Shown piece by piece: positions 19,206-30,635 of a stretch of 64,000 bases of DNA. Under the pieces are notes generated by a model. That model did no database searches and was not told where the DNA came from. It worked only from the letters and a program-made list of their open reading frames with translations. This DNA is from Alphaproteobacteria bacterium (lineage in GTDB: Bacteria > Pseudomonadota > Alphaproteobacteria > UBA7879 > UBA5542), in contig JBKCVN010000013.1 in NCBI GenBank assembly GCA_046317875.1, forward strand, positions 3,627 to 67,626. Reading direction: 5' to 3'. How positions within the stretch are numbered: position 1 is the first letter of the stretch; every line of letters starts with the position of its first letter. A program made the translations under genes and the position numbers.

Positions 19206-21314
19206 TTATTGGAACCGAGCTAAGCTTGCCAACAACAGTAAGGCCACAATGTTAATGATTTTAATCATGGGGTTAATCGCTGGTCCCGCCGTATCTTTAT
19301 AGGGGTCACCCACCGTGTCTCCTGTGATAGAGGCGTGATGCGCAGGTGAGTTTTTACCGCCAAAGTTGCCTTCCTCGATATACTTCTTAGCATTATCCCA
19401 AGCGCCACCACCAGATGTCATGGAAATCGCTACGAAGATTCCAGTAATAATGGTTCCTAAAAGCATAGCCCCCAACGCTGCCAAAGCATGGCTCATGCCG
19501 GCCACATAATAAATGGAAGCATAAAGAGCAATAGGCGCAGCGATAGGCAATAAGGAAGGCAAAATCATTTCCTTAATCGCCGCACGCGTCAGAAGATCAA
19601 CGGCCTTACCATATTCAGGCTTTTGCTTGCCTGCCATGATACCTTTGATTTCGCGGAACTGACGGCGCACTTCTACAACGACTGCTCCTCCTGCACGGCC
19701 CACGGCCATCATGCCCATGGCTCCAAACAAATAAGGCAACAATCCACCTAAGAACAATCCAACCACGACATAGGGATCTCTTAGGTCAAAGCTGCAGGTA
19801 ATATCTGCAAAATAGTGCTTCAAATCTTCCGTATAGGCTGCGAAAAGAACCAAAGAGGCCAGAGCAGCAGAACCAATAGCATAGCCCTTTGTTACAGCCT
19901 TGGTGGTATTTCCCACGGCATCCAAAGCATCTGTTACCGTACGCACAGATTCGGGCAAGTCAGACATTTCGGCAATCCCACCAGCGTTATCAGTTACAGG
20001 ACCATATGCATCTAAAGCAATAACTATCCCAGCCAAAGAAAGCATAATGGTGGCGCCAATCGCAATACCGTAAAGGCCTGCGGTCAAGTAAGCAGCAATA
20101 ATGCCCGCACAAATAACAATCACAGGTAATGCAGTGGCTTCCATGGAAACAGCCAGTCCTTGGATGATATTCGTGCCATGCCCCGTTTCGGAAGCAGCAG
20201 CAATACTCTTAACAGGACGGTACTGGGTGGACGTATAGTACTCAGTGATCCATACTAAAGCACCCGTTACCAAAAGGCCAATCATGCAACAGGACATCAT
20301 ACTTTGAGTTGTAATATAAGTTCCCCCAACGGATTCGGAAACGCCATCGAACAAAAAGTAAGTTAATCCCATAACCAGAGCCCCCGAAAAAACAGCGCTG
20401 GCAATGAATCCTTTATAAAGGGCGCCCATAATATTATTAGTCGCACCTAGTTTTACGAAAAAAGTACCGGCTAATGATCCCACAATGGAAACTGCTCCAA
20501 TTAGAAGCGGGTATATCATCAACATTTTTTGCACTTCACCCGTAAAGAGAATAGCCCCCATCAACATGGTTGCCACAATAGTCACAACATACGTTTCAAA
20601 AAGGTCAGCTGCCATACCTGCGCAATCACCCACGTTATCCCCTACGTTATCCGCAATAACAGCTGGGTTGCGGGGATCATCTTCGGGAATTCCGGCTTCA
20701 ATTTTACCCACAAGGTCGGCACCCACATCGGCCCCTTTTGTAAAGATTCCTCCCCCTAAACGAGCAAATATAGAGATTAAAGAAGCACCAAAGCTAAGAC
20801 CGACTAAAGCTTCTAAAATTTTGCGCGTTTCAAATCCTAGTTGTTGCAATCCACCAAAATAAAGGGCAATACCCAAAAGGCCTAGCCCCACAACCAACAT
20901 CCCTGTCACAGCGCCCGAGCGGAAAGATAATCCTAATGCTTTTTCAAGGCCTGTTCGTGCAGCTTCTGCGGTGCGTACATTCGCCCGAACAGAAACGTAC
21001 ATTCCGATGTACCCTGCAATTCCAGATAGAAGCGCCCCGAGAACGAATCCTAAAGAAACATGCACGCCCATCAACGGCCACAAAGCTATTGCCACCACTA
21101 CACCTACCGCACCTATGGTTTGGTACTGCCTGTTTAAATAGGCCTTGGCCCCTTCTTGAATGGCGGCCGCAATTTCTTGCATGCGTTGGGTGCCAGCAGG
21201 TAAGTTTAGGATAGAACGCGAAACAAGCATTCCGTAAAACAAAGCCAGAACACCTGAAACCAGAATAATTAAATACAAACTTTCATAAGAAAAAAAGCCA
21301 TCAGTCATAAGCAT
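19206..21314 (-). CDS. hppA: Membrane-bound proton-translocating pyrophosphatase (H+/Na+-PPase)
   Basis: 702 aa. 15-16 TM helices. [21 protein letters not shown] signature. Confidence 0.9.
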   Translation of the reverse strand: MLMTDGFFSYESLYLIILVSGVLALFYGMLVSRSILNLPAGTQRMQEIAAAIQEGAKAYLNRQYQTIGAVGVVVAIALWPLMGVHVSLGFVLGALLSGIAGYIGMYVSVRANVRTAEAARTGLEKALGLSFRSGAVTGMLVVGLGLLGIALYFGGLQQLGFETRKILEALVGLSFGASLISIFARLGGGIFTKGADVGADLVGKIEAGIPEDDPRNPAVIADNVGDNVGDCAGMAADLFETYVVTIVATMLMGAILFTGEVQKMLMIYPLLIGAVSIVGSLAGTFFVKLGATNNIMGALYKGFIASAVFSGALVMGLTYFLFDGVSESVGGTYITTQSMMSCCMIGLLVTGALVWITEYYTSTQYRPVKSIAAASETGHGTNIIQGLAVSMEATALPVIVICAGIIAAYLTAGLYGIAIGATIMLSLAGIVIALDAYGPVTDNAGGIAEMSDLPESVRTVTDALDAVGNTTKAVTKGYAIGSAALASLVLFAAYTEDLKHYFADITCSFDLRDPYVVVGLFLGGLLPYLFGAMGMMAVGRAGGAVVVEVRRQFREIKGIMAGKQKPEYGKAVDLLTRAAIKEMILPSLLPIAAPIALYASIYYVAGMSHALAALGAMLLGTIITGIFVAISMTSGGGAWDNAKKYIEEGNFGGKNSPAHHASITGDTVGDPYKDTAGPAINPMIKIINIVALLLLASLARFQ

Positions 21315-21392
21315 TATTTATTACCTCTTTGATCTTTGAATATGAATTTTTGTTATACCTTATTTCTAAAAAACTGCAAACCCTTTTGCCCA

Positions 21393-22589
21393 CTATTCCT
21401 TTTTCGAGGGCAGATACCTCAGCACAATCTCGGCCGCCTTCTCGCTGGGGCCCATGTCTCCTGAAGGCCTCAAGAGCCCGTCAATACGTTGGAACGCTTC
21501 ATGTTGCTGATTTGTTTTATGGGGATTTTTCAGAATTTTTAAAACCTCTAACGTTAAATTATCTGGCGTGCATTTTTCTTGTAATAATTCTGGAACTACC
21601 GAACGTCGCAGCAAAATATTAACCATACAAAAGTATCGTATTTTGATTAATCTTCTTACCAGCCACGCATTCAGCCATGAAACTTTATAGGCAATAATCA
21701 TGGGCAGTTTGGCCTGGGCTAATTCTAAAGCAATGGTACCCGAGGCCGCTATAGCTACCTTGGCAGCTGCATAAGCATCTTTTTTTGCCAAATGGTCTGT
21801 AATGATGATGGTGGGCACCGACGTATGCCAATGATCTTTAATTATGGATGCCAGGTGACCCAAAGTAGGCATCACAACTTTCAATCCCATGACACGCTTA
21901 TTTATTTGTTCTACTGCCTCTTGGAAGACGCCCAAGTGATGCTTTAACTCACTTTCCCGACTACCAGGTAGAATGGTTATAACCGTATCTGTCTCTAGAA
22001 TGCCATGGTCTTTTCTAAATTTCTCCCCATCACCCAGGGATAATCCCATTTGAACAATAGGATGTCCCACAAAGGTCGTTGTCAGGCCATGCTTTTTAAA
22101 ATACGGGGGTTCGAAATGAAACAGCGCCAACAAGTGATTAAAAATAGGGGCTATGTTCTTAGCCCGTCCCGCCCGCCAGGCCCAAACGGTGGGTGCCACA
22201 TAGTGGATAAGGGGGGTGTGCTTTAAAGTTTTTTTCAGCCCACGTGCCAGCCTAAAATTAAAACCAGGAAAGTCAATGGTCACAACAACATCGGGCTTAA
22301 TTTCCTGAATTAATTCAGCCGTTTCTTTCAGGCGTCGCCATGCTCGAATACTTTTCTTAATATTCCCCAAAATACCCATAATGGCCAAATCAGAAAGGGG
22401 AAAAAAAGATTTTAGGCCCTCTTTCTCCATCAAATTGCCACCCAGACCGTAAAACTCTAAGGACGCATTTTTTTTCTTTAAAGCCACCATCAATTGAGAG
22501 CCCAAAAAATCCCCCGAAGGCTCTCCTGCAATAATGATGATTTTGGGGTTAACCACCTTAGACTCCATAAACAAAAATTCCTTTTTCAT
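21393..22589 (-). CDS. lpxB: Lipid-A-disaccharide synthase
   Basis: 398 aa. N-terminal KIIIIAGEPSGDFLGSQL. The true start is probably an internal Met (MESKVV...). Confidence 0.85.
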   Translation of the reverse strand: MKKEFLFMESKVVNPKIIIIAGEPSGDFLGSQLMVALKKKNASLEFYGLGGNLMEKEGLKSFFPLSDLAIMGILGNIKKSIRAWRRLKETAELIQEIKPDVVVTIDFPGFNFRLARGLKKTLKHTPLIHYVAPTVWAWRAGRAKNIAPIFNHLLALFHFEPPYFKKHGLTTTFVGHPIVQMGLSLGDGEKFRKDHGILETDTVITILPGSRESELKHHLGVFQEAVEQINKRVMGLKVVMPTLGHLASIIKDHWHTSVPTIIITDHLAKKDAYAAAKVAIAASGTIALELAQAKLPMIIAYKVSWLNAWLVRRLIKIRYFCMVNILLRRSVVPELLQEKCTPDNLTLEVLKILKNPHKTNQQHEAFQRIDGLLRPSGDMGPSEKAAEIVLRYLPSKKE

Positions 22590-23379
22590 TCGCCATTTTA
22601 ATGACTTGCTCTTGGTTGACGATAAGGCCAGCCCCCGCTTCTAATGCCACCCCCTTATATCCATAAAGGGCTAATTTTTCTATGGTTTTGGGCCCAATCG
22701 TGGGTAAATCTACCCTTTTTTCTTGCTGGGGTTTGGCCATTTTGACCAAAATTGCTTTTCCTTGACTCTTAAAGTGCCGAGAAGCATGCTCTAACATCCA
22801 GTCCGTTCCCTCTTGGGTTTCTCTGGCCACGATATGCCCCTCTTCAACCACAACCGCCTGCCCTATATCTTGTTTTCCTAATTCCTGGGCAGCTTGGGCC
22901 CCTTGCTTAATATTTTTTATATCATTTGTGGAGGGCTTAACTGAGCCTAGAGCACCTTTAGGCATGAGTATTTTATGGATCAGTTGATGGATTCCCATCA
23001 CTTTGAAACCTTCTTGTTCCAAGAATGAAACAATTCCTGATAATAATCCATCATCACCCTTGGCTTTCCAACCAATGGATATCAGCCATTTAAGGGCTAA
23101 GAAATCTAATTTAAGAGACAGCAAAGAGGGGCGCTTAATGTGACCAATAAAAACAAGTTCTTTTATCTTTCTTTGCTTAAATAATAAAAGATTTTTTTTC
23201 ACTGACCCAGGAGAAATCCATACATGGGGGTGGTGCTGAACGAAAGACTCATCAGCCTGTGATTCAATCGGAAACAAATAATAGGCACGTTTTATACTTT
23301 TGCAGAAATCGGCCAAAGCCTGGGGAAGATCACCCCTTCCCATGATGATTCCTAAGGGTGAGGCCTCATCTTTTTTCAT
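22558..23379 (-). CDS. lpxI: UDP-2,3-diacylglucosamine hydrolase LpxI (DUF1009 family)
   Basis: 273 aa. N-terminal LGIIMGRGDLP. Sits between lpxA and lpxB, as in alphaproteobacteria that lack lpxH. Confidence 0.7.
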   Translation of the reverse strand: MKKDEASPLGIIMGRGDLPQALADFCKSIKRAYYLFPIESQADESFVQHHPHVWISPGSVKKNLLLFKQRKIKELVFIGHIKRPSLLSLKLDFLALKWLISIGWKAKGDDGLLSGIVSFLEQEGFKVMGIHQLIHKILMPKGALGSVKPSTNDIKNIKQGAQAAQELGKQDIGQAVVVEEGHIVARETQEGTDWMLEHASRHFKSQGKAILVKMAKPQQEKRVDLPTIGPKTIEKLALYGYKGVALEAGAGLIVNQEQVIKMANEKGIFVYGV

Positions 23380-23382
23380 GAT

Positions 23383-24192
23383 TTATCTCGTTAAGCACAA
23401 AGGCCTTAGGTTGTTGGAGCTATTTTCTTTTAAAAACTCTACGATTTCTATCACAATAGAATCTTCTTTGAACATTTTAATAACGTCACTGATGCGCTCA
23501 GTTAGTGTACCCTCATCGGCAAAAAGAAGTCGGTAAGCAGATCTTAGTCTATGGATAGTTTCGCGGTCCACACCCCGTCTCTTAAGTCCCACCAAGTTCA
23601 ACCCACACAAACGTGCCCTATTCCCAAGAACAGACCCATAAGGAATAACATCCCCTTCAACACCCGAAAGTCCGCCAATAATGCATCCCTTGCCCAACCG
23701 AACTTTTTGGTGAATCCCACTCAATCCACCAATAATCACATGGTCCCCCACTTCAACATGCCCCCCCAAGGTGGCATTATTAGCCATCCACACCCCAGTA
23801 CCCACATGACAATCATGGGCAACATGGGACGCCACCATAATAAGACAATTGTCTCCAATGGTTGTGCCCAGATCTTGGGTGCCCGCATGGACAGTGACAT
23901 GCTCGCGAATTTGATTGTTTTTCCCAATAATAACCGGGGTATTTTCTTTCAAATTTCCGATGAACTGGGGAGCTCCGCCAATAACGGCAAAAGAGGCTAT
24001 CTGGGTCCCCTGCCCAATATAAGCATTCTTTTCAACCACCACATGAGACGCCAGAGAAACGCCGTCTTCTAGGGTCACATTATCCCCCACAATGCTATAG
24101 GGGCCTATGTGAACATCGTTACCGATATGGGCAGTTTTGGAAATAATAGAGGTAGGGTGAATAAAGGTATTAGGCATCACTTTTATCAACAA
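23383..24192 (-). CDS. lpxA: Acyl-ACP--UDP-N-acetylglucosamine O-acyltransferase
   Basis: 269 aa. Left-handed beta-helix hexapeptide repeats. Lies between fabZ and lpxI. Confidence 0.85.
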   Translation of the reverse strand: MLIKVMPNTFIHPTSIISKTAHIGNDVHIGPYSIVGDNVTLEDGVSLASHVVVEKNAYIGQGTQIASFAVIGGAPQFIGNLKENTPVIIGKNNQIREHVTVHAGTQDLGTTIGDNCLIMVASHVAHDCHVGTGVWMANNATLGGHVEVGDHVIIGGLSGIHQKVRLGKGCIIGGLSGVEGDVIPYGSVLGNRARLCGLNLVGLKRRGVDRETIHRLRSAYRLLFADEGTLTERISDVIKMFKEDSIVIEIVEFLKENSSNNLRPLCLTR

Positions 24193-24619
24193 TCATCGCA
24201 GAAAAAACAGCTTCCGAGACTAATACACCATTCACATGGGCCTTCCCAGAAAACTTCCAAATAGGGTCCCTTGCCTTAATTTTCTCAACTAAAATTTCTA
24301 ATGTATCACCGGGCAATACGGGTTTGCGGAACTTAGCTTCCTGAATAGTCATGAAATATACCAGCTTATCATCCGCTTTTTTTTCCGTTGAATACATAAC
24401 CAACGTGCCTGCTGTTTGGGCCATGGCTTCCACAATCAGAACGCCCGGCATAACGGGATTATCAGGAAAGTGACCTGGAAAGAACCATTCGTTTAGTGTC
24501 ACGTTTTTAATACCCACAGCGCTTTCATCTTTCACTATTTTTTCCAAACGATCAATCAACAGCATAGGATATCGATGAGGTATAAGTTTTTGTATTTCTT
24601 GTATATTTAATGAAGACAT
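24170..24619 (-). CDS. fabZ: 3-hydroxyacyl-ACP dehydratase FabZ
   Basis: 149 aa. Hot-dog fold. HFPGHFPDNPVMPGVL motif. Confidence 0.9.
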   Translation of the reverse strand: MSSLNIQEIQKLIPHRYPMLLIDRLEKIVKDESAVGIKNVTLNEWFFPGHFPDNPVMPGVLIVEAMAQTAGTLVMYSTEKKADDKLVYFMTIQEAKFRKPVLPGDTLEILVEKIKARDPIWKFSGKAHVNGVLVSEAVFSAMIVDKSDA

Positions 24620-24627
24620 ATTTTTAC

Positions 24628-25620
24628 CTATTTTTTAATAACCTTTGACAAATGCAAGACTTGACGATGCCAATCTCGAATGGCAACAGCCGGACTTCCA
24701 CCTACCGTTTCCCCATCGGGGATATCTCGCATAACACCACTTTGGGCAGCTATCGTCACCTTTTTCCCAATCTTTAAATGACCAGAAAGCCCGGCTTGAC
24801 CGGCCAAAACAGAGAAGTCACCAATTTCGGTGCTGCCTGCTATACCCACTTGGCTAACAATAATACAGCCTTTTCCAATTCGAACATTGTGCGCGATTTG
24901 AACCAAATTATCAATACGACAGAATTCCCCTACGATTGTATCTCCCAAAACACCACGATCAATCGTGGTATTGGCCCCGATACGCACATGATCTTTAATT
25001 ACAAGAGTCCCCAAATGAGGAATATCTATCAATTCATGCCCATCTTGCACAAAACCAAACCCCTCGAACCCCAATCGGGCGCCTGCATGAACCACAACAT
25101 GGTCGCCTATTATGGTCTTCACCACACTAACATGATCATGAATATGGCAATTTTTGCCGATTTGGACTCCGGACCCAATGTAAGATCCATGACCAATCAC
25201 CGAGCCCTCTCCAATTTCAACCCCCCTACCAATAAAAGCCGTATCCGCCACCCTGGCAGAAGGATGAATATGAGCATGATCTTTCCCAGCTGCGTGTTCA
25301 GGGATCCTAACCTCAGGATAAAGTATTTTGGCAACCCTAGCCAAAGCTGCCCGAGGATTTTCAAGCTCTAGGCACAAAGTCCCAGCGGGAACATAATCTT
25401 TAAATTCTTTTGTGGTCAGACAGACTCCTGCCTTCGTAGATTGCAGTTCAACCAAAGATTTTTTATCAAAACAGGCCACTAATTCATCGGATGAAGCATG
25501 CTCTAAAGTATTAATACCTTTTATGGATTTATTGATCGGCGACAAAGATAACTTCAGTAAATCACCTAGTTGACCGATGGAAAGAGATGATGAAACAGAA
25601 TAAAAACGTGAGTTGGCCAT
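24628..25620 (-). CDS. lpxD: UDP-3-O-(3-hydroxyacyl)glucosamine N-acyltransferase
   Basis: 330 aa. Hexapeptide repeats. Conserved position upstream of fabZ. Confidence 0.85.
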   Translation of the reverse strand: MANSRFYSVSSSLSIGQLGDLLKLSLSPINKSIKGINTLEHASSDELVACFDKKSLVELQSTKAGVCLTTKEFKDYVPAGTLCLELENPRAALARVAKILYPEVRIPEHAAGKDHAHIHPSARVADTAFIGRGVEIGEGSVIGHGSYIGSGVQIGKNCHIHDHVSVVKTIIGDHVVVHAGARLGFEGFGFVQDGHELIDIPHLGTLVIKDHVRIGANTTIDRGVLGDTIVGEFCRIDNLVQIAHNVRIGKGCIIVSQVGIAGSTEIGDFSVLAGQAGLSGHLKIGKKVTIAAQSGVMRDIPDGETVGGSPAVAIRDWHRQVLHLSKVIKK

Positions 25621-25625
25621 GGGAT

Positions 25626-26213
25626 TTATAACTCGCTATTCAGAGGAGAATATTGAAAATTTTCTAGGTCTTTAAAAACGTCGTCCGTAATATCCAAAGA
25701 AGGCTGATGATAAGCCACTTGATGGGAATATAAAACCATAGACAATCTTTTCTTATGGGCAATTTTTCTAATAGAAGAATTCATTTTATCCTTGATAAGC
25801 TTTAAAGAGGAGTCGTACCAAGCATTAAGTTTTTTTTGGGTTTGTTCTGCTTCTTTTTGCAAATTTTCTACTTTCAAAGAAAATTGTTTCTGCTTTGCTT
25901 CCAACTGCATGCGGGACAGCTGGCTACTTTGGGCATTCCAAGATTGTTGAATTTGGATTAATTCTTGATTTTCCTTACGCAACAAGTCTTCTAGCTTTGA
26001 GAATTTTTTTTGTTGCCTTTGTAGATGAGAGTTTAAATCTTTTTTTAATTGAATGATGGCGGGCAGTTCTGCCGCAATTCTATCCCCATCCAAAACACCA
26101 ACCTGACCTTTTCCCAAGGGCATAAAGGTGCGATATAGCCCAAATAAAGATAAAGCCATGGCAAGCAAAACAGCACTATATATAAAAATAGGTGTGCTGT
26201 TTTTCTTACGCAT
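25626..26213 (-). CDS. skp: Periplasmic chaperone Skp/OmpH
   Basis: 195 aa. Signal peptide and a coiled-coil OmpH-like body. Sits between bamA and lpxD. Confidence 0.75.
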   Translation of the reverse strand: MRKKNSTPIFIYSAVLLAMALSLFGLYRTFMPLGKGQVGVLDGDRIAAELPAIIQLKKDLNSHLQRQQKKFSKLEDLLRKENQELIQIQQSWNAQSSQLSRMQLEAKQKQFSLKVENLQKEAEQTQKKLNAWYDSSLKLIKDKMNSSIRKIAHKKRLSMVLYSHQVAYHQPSLDITDDVFKDLENFQYSPLNSEL

Positions 26214-28519
26214 TAAAACCGACCCGTTCCAAAGTTGATAAGCAGAACGCTTTTTTTGTCCTCGGGTTTCGACATGAGAGGGAACCCAAAATCAACACGG
26301 ATAAGACCCATAGGAGAAGCCCACCCAAACCCAAAACCAGCTGACATACGGAGACTTTTATTATTGTAGACTGTATCTGATTTCTCCTTGGAATCCCAGG
26401 TGGTACCGGCATCAATGAAAACAGCGCCCCGTATACCAAAGTCTTTTGAAAAACCAATCGGGAATGTGGCTTCTGCAGTGCTAGAAAACATTCTGTCACC
26501 CCCCAAAGCTTCTTTGAATCCACTTTTGTAACGGGGTCCCACACCTGCATAATCAAAACCACGCAAGCTTGTACCACCCAGTGTAAATTTATCAGAAATT
26601 CTTGGTCTTTGACCCAATCCATCCAATACACCAAATTGGCCATCCAGACTTAGGGTCAAATCGTCAATAGGCGTGTAATAAATAGCCCCCGTAATAATGT
26701 TTTTCAGGAATTTAACGTTCCCCCCTAACCCTGACCATTGGTTGCTCAGGGATGCTATGTATCCCTCTGATGGGTTGAAACGGAAATTTCTTTTATCATA
26801 GGTCAGACCATGGGTTACGGAAGAAGCTGTTTTTGTTCCAGCCTGAGCTACGATTTGAGGGGCCGCCAATTGGGGAATAGATCCTAATTTATCTTGAGAT
26901 AAAGCGTACGACCATCTTTGGGTTAAGGGTTCAGACAAGTGATACTCCATCCACACCCTTGCTCCATTACTGGTTTGCTTATAAGAGCTTTCCGATTCTT
27001 GGTCTTCTTGCGAGCGTACAGCCCCGATTCCTACCAGTAAATCTTTGTTTAGGAAATATGGATCTTCAATGGAGACATCTAGGCTTTTATTCTTCTTACC
27101 ATAGTATAGTCTCGAGCTAAACTCATAGGCCCGACCAAAAAGGTTTCGTTCAATGAACGTAATCATTCCAAAGGGCCCACTGGCCGTGTTGTATCCTGCC
27201 GAAAAGTTTATTTCACCCGTGGATTGTTCCTGAACCTCTACTTCCAAATCTGTTTTTGTAGATTCAGCTAAAACCGGCTTTTGCTGAATGTTTATTTTCT
27301 TGAAGAACCCTAAGTTTTCTAAACAACGGTTAGAGTTCCTAAGTTTGGTAGTGTTATAAGCGTCCCCTTCTGCCAAGAACAGTTGACGACGAATGACGGA
27401 ATCCACGGTTCTGGTATTCCCAATAATATCAATCTTATTAATGAAGACCTTGGGTCCTTCTAAAAGTTGATACGTTAGGTTGATTGTTTTATCTTTTTCA
27501 TTGGGTACTGGCAAAATACGTATATCCACAAAAGCATACCCATGATCGCCGGCAATACCATTTAGGGTTTCACGGTCTTTTTCGATAATAGAGAAGGAAT
27601 ACCAATCCCCTTTCTGAGATTGTATTTTTTTCTGCATTTCTTCCACATGAAGACCCGCAATTTCAGACGTAACGGATACGTTACCGAATCGATATCTTTC
27701 CCCTTCATCTAAGGTTAAAGAAATAATAAACCCATCCTGAGACGGCACAAGCTCGGCCACAGCAGACATAACCCGGAAATCAGCATATCCCTTAGATAGG
27801 TAAAATTTCCGCAGGTTATCCTTATCCGCCTCTAAACGATCGGGGTCATAAAAGTCATCGCTGGCAAAGAACCTCCACCATTTCTTCTCCTTGGTCATTA
27901 AAATATGCTGCAAGGTATCATCACTAAATTTTTTGTTTCCAATAAAGGTAATCTTACGAACCTTTGCCGATGATCCTTCTTCAATTTCAAAAATGATATC
28001 TACACGGTTCTGCTCGCGTTCGATAATTTTGGGTGTTACTTTTGCTGCAAAGTGTCCTTTGGCACGATAAAACGCCAAAATTCTCTGAACCTCGGTTTGG
28101 ATTTTGGCTTTATCTAAAAGCTCGCGTGGGTTAATACGCATTTCTGTATTCAAAATTTTATCACTTAAGGCCTTGTTGCCCTCGAAAACAATCCTATTAA
28201 TACTTGGATTTTCCACAACGGTTATAACCAGTGTAGAGCCAACTTGTTTAACTGCTACATCGGAAAAGTGCCCGGAAGCGTAGAGCGCTTTTAGCGTATT
28301 ATCCAAGTCGTTTTCGTTGGGAATTGTCCCTTTTTTTAGGGGTAAGTAATTTAAAATAGTATCCCTTTCAATGCGCTGATTTCCTTCCACTACGAAATTA
28401 GAAATGGCAGCAGAGGTATATGATTCGGAAGATTGAGGAGCGTCAGACGTGCCATACAAGGAACATGAAATTAAACTTATTAAAATAAAAGATTTTTTTA
28501 AAATAACCTTAAGCACCAC
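26213..28519 (-). CDS. bamA: Outer membrane protein assembly factor BamA
   Basis: 768 aa. Signal peptide, POTRA repeats, and a C-terminal beta-barrel ending in an aromatic residue (…GTGRF). Confidence 0.9.
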   Translation of the reverse strand: MVLKVILKKSFILISLISCSLYGTSDAPQSSESYTSAAISNFVVEGNQRIERDTILNYLPLKKGTIPNENDLDNTLKALYASGHFSDVAVKQVGSTLVITVVENPSINRIVFEGNKALSDKILNTEMRINPRELLDKAKIQTEVQRILAFYRAKGHFAAKVTPKIIEREQNRVDIIFEIEEGSSAKVRKITFIGNKKFSDDTLQHILMTKEKKWWRFFASDDFYDPDRLEADKDNLRKFYLSKGYADFRVMSAVAELVPSQDGFIISLTLDEGERYRFGNVSVTSEIAGLHVEEMQKKIQSQKGDWYSFSIIEKDRETLNGIAGDHGYAFVDIRILPVPNEKDKTINLTYQLLEGPKVFINKIDIIGNTRTVDSVIRRQLFLAEGDAYNTTKLRNSNRCLENLGFFKKINIQQKPVLAESTKTDLEVEVQEQSTGEINFSAGYNTASGPFGMITFIERNLFGRAYEFSSRLYYGKKNKSLDVSIEDPYFLNKDLLVGIGAVRSQEDQESESSYKQTSNGARVWMEYHLSEPLTQRWSYALSQDKLGSIPQLAAPQIVAQAGTKTASSVTHGLTYDKRNFRFNPSEGYIASLSNQWSGLGGNVKFLKNIITGAIYYTPIDDLTLSLDGQFGVLDGLGQRPRISDKFTLGGTSLRGFDYAGVGPRYKSGFKEALGGDRMFSSTAEATFPIGFSKDFGIRGAVFIDAGTTWDSKEKSDTVYNNKSLRMSAGFGFGWASPMGLIRVDFGFPLMSKPEDKKSVLLINFGTGRF

Positions 28520-28660
28520 GCTAACTCCTCTTTATTTATATTTAAGAATCTAAAAATTCTAATCCTTGGCATTCTAAGTTTTTTCGGATTATAGAATTTT
28601 ATTGATTATAAGTTCTTATTAAAAAATGTCTCACAAAAAGTGATCATCATATCTTGCACT

Positions 28661-29827
28661 TTATTTGAATAGATTTGTTATAAAATCTATTACTTTAAAA
28701 CGCATTAAATCATTCCATAGGGTAAAGAGCATAACACCCATCAATACGGCAAACCCCACTTTATAGGCAATCGTTTGTCCCTTCTCCCCCACTGGCTTTC
28801 CTGTAATAGCCTCCACAAGATAGAACAGAATATGTCCTCCATCTAGCATGGGAATGGGCAACAGGTTAATAACCCCTAAGTTTAAGGACAAAACAGCCAT
28901 AAAAAATAGAAGAGAAAATATTCCGCCTTCCAAGCTGTCCTTAGACATTTTTGCGATACTCAACACGCTGCCTAGTTTAGAGGCATTTTCGCCTTTTGAA
29001 ATGATCCCACTTAAAAGCCCCAATAAATCACGCGTCATGGTTCCAAGGGATTTTAAGGCCACCCAGGGAGCCTGAAAAAGTGATTGGGTTTCCATCAAGG
29101 GGCTAACACCAATAATGCCTATTTTTTTGCCCGATCCCACATTCAAAGCACTTGTTTTAAAAGAGAAACTTAAAACATTTCCATTTCTATCTGCTTTAAG
29201 AAGAACATTTTCGCCTGGTCGCGTATTAATGTACATTTGCATTTCTTTAAAAGATGCGGGTGAAAAATCATTAATACTTAGAACGTTATCCCCAGCTTGC
29301 AATCCAGCCTCAAACGCGGCACCCCCTTCTGCAACAGTCCCAATCACGGGAAGATCGCTGGCTTTCCCAACAAATAAAAATACAATCATTAAAAAGGAGA
29401 ATGTCAGCAAAAGATTTGCAAAGGGCCCCGCAACAGAGACGGCCATTCGTTGCCAAACCGTCTTTCCCATTAATGTATAAGAATGCTCTACAGCAGAAAG
29501 TTTCTTTGCCTGACTAAAATCAGGTGTACTCGCATCATTTGCATCCCCAAACATGCGCACATAGCCCCCCAAGGGTACCAGGCTAAATTTCCAACGGGTA
29601 CCTTTGGAATCATTCCAACCTATGAGCTCGGGACCAAAGCCAATCGAAAAGACTTCGACTTTTACACCGTTATACCGAGCCACCAAGTAATGCCCCAGCT
29701 CATGAATAAAAACCAAAACAGTTAATACTATTAAAAATGGAAGAACCCAAGAAATAAACGGAATCAAAGAATCAATCATGATGTACACTTTCTCTACTTC
29801 CACATAAATAACATAATTTGGGGCCAA
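28661..29827 (-). CDS. rseP: RIP zinc metalloprotease RseP
   Basis: HELGHYLVA (HExxH), a PDZ domain, and a LDGG motif. The real start is probably Met at about 29779 (MIDSLIPF...). Confidence 0.85.
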   Translation of the reverse strand: MAPNYVIYVEVEKVYIMIDSLIPFISWVLPFLIVLTVLVFIHELGHYLVARYNGVKVEVFSIGFGPELIGWNDSKGTRWKFSLVPLGGYVRMFGDANDASTPDFSQAKKLSAVEHSYTLMGKTVWQRMAVSVAGPFANLLLTFSFLMIVFLFVGKASDLPVIGTVAEGGAAFEAGLQAGDNVLSINDFSPASFKEMQMYINTRPGENVLLKADRNGNVLSFSFKTSALNVGSGKKIGIIGVSPLMETQSLFQAPWVALKSLGTMTRDLLGLLSGIISKGENASKLGSVLSIAKMSKDSLEGGIFSLLFFMAVLSLNLGVINLLPIPMLDGGHILFYLVEAITGKPVGEKGQTIAYKVGFAVLMGVMLFTLWNDLMRFKVIDFITNLFK

Positions 29828-30624
29828 AGAAAAATAGCTAAAGTTACAAAGGGCACAACAAATAAAAAGCCATCCAATCTATCAAAGAATCCACCATGAC
29901 CAGGGATCAAAGTTCCACTGTCTTTTATCTTATGAAATCTCTTAATTTTTGATTCACACAGGTCACCCACTGTAGAGAAAAAAGCCACGATGGCACAAAC
30001 ACCCATAAATTGATGAAGTGTCAAATTAGAGTGAATAAAAAAATGGAATAATCCCCCTACTAAACTGGCGCAAATCAGACCCCCAAAAAAACCAGACCAA
30101 GTTTTTCTGGGACTTATTACTTCCATTAACTTCGGACCTTTTAGCCAATTTCCCACAAAATAAGCACTAATGTCATTAATGGCTGTCAGACCCAGAATCC
30201 AAGCCAATACAAACATGCCGTCTTTTAAATGATCTAATATCCAAAAAATAGATAAGCAGGGCAACCCAATGTAAAGCAAACCTAGGGTAAACCAAAGGAA
30301 TCTACGATACCATGACACCCAACTAAGGAAAACTCCTAAACTAGCCAAGCATAATAAAACCCCAACTCCCAAGGTGGAATGGCTTATAGCCATGGCATAA
30401 ATAGCGGCATAAACCAAAAAAAGGATCAAATAGGGCATCCCCTTAAAAGTGAATTTACACATCTTCGACCATTCAAAACTTAAAGCCGCCGCTAAGAAAA
30501 GAACCATGATTTTCAAAGGAAGGACACCTCCCCAAAAAATAAGCGCCAGAATTGAAATCATAACAACACTGGAAAAAGTTCGTTTTTTCAAAGAAGAAAA
30601 AGATGTTAAATTCATTGGAATCAT
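29794..30624 (-). CDS. cdsA: Phosphatidate cytidylyltransferase
   Basis: 276 aa membrane protein. Conserved C-terminal GHGGFFDRLD motif. Confidence 0.85.
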   Translation of the reverse strand: MIPMNLTSFSSLKKRTFSSVVMISILALIFWGGVLPLKIMVLFLAAALSFEWSKMCKFTFKGMPYLILFLVYAAIYAMAISHSTLGVGVLLCLASLGVFLSWVSWYRRFLWFTLGLLYIGLPCLSIFWILDHLKDGMFVLAWILGLTAINDISAYFVGNWLKGPKLMEVISPRKTWSGFFGGLICASLVGGLFHFFIHSNLTLHQFMGVCAIVAFFSTVGDLCESKIKRFHKIKDSGTLIPGHGGFFDRLDGFLFVVPFVTLAIFLWPQIMLFMWK

Positions 30625-30635
30625 AAGAATTCTTT

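Noticed and set aside
23551-24072. 173-aa plus-strand ORF
   Set aside because: Antisense to lpxA. The H/P/N-rich translation is typical of antisense hexapeptide-repeat codons.
26206-26643. 145-aa ORF on the minus strand
   Set aside because: Out-of-frame overlap with the 3' end of bamA. No independent support.
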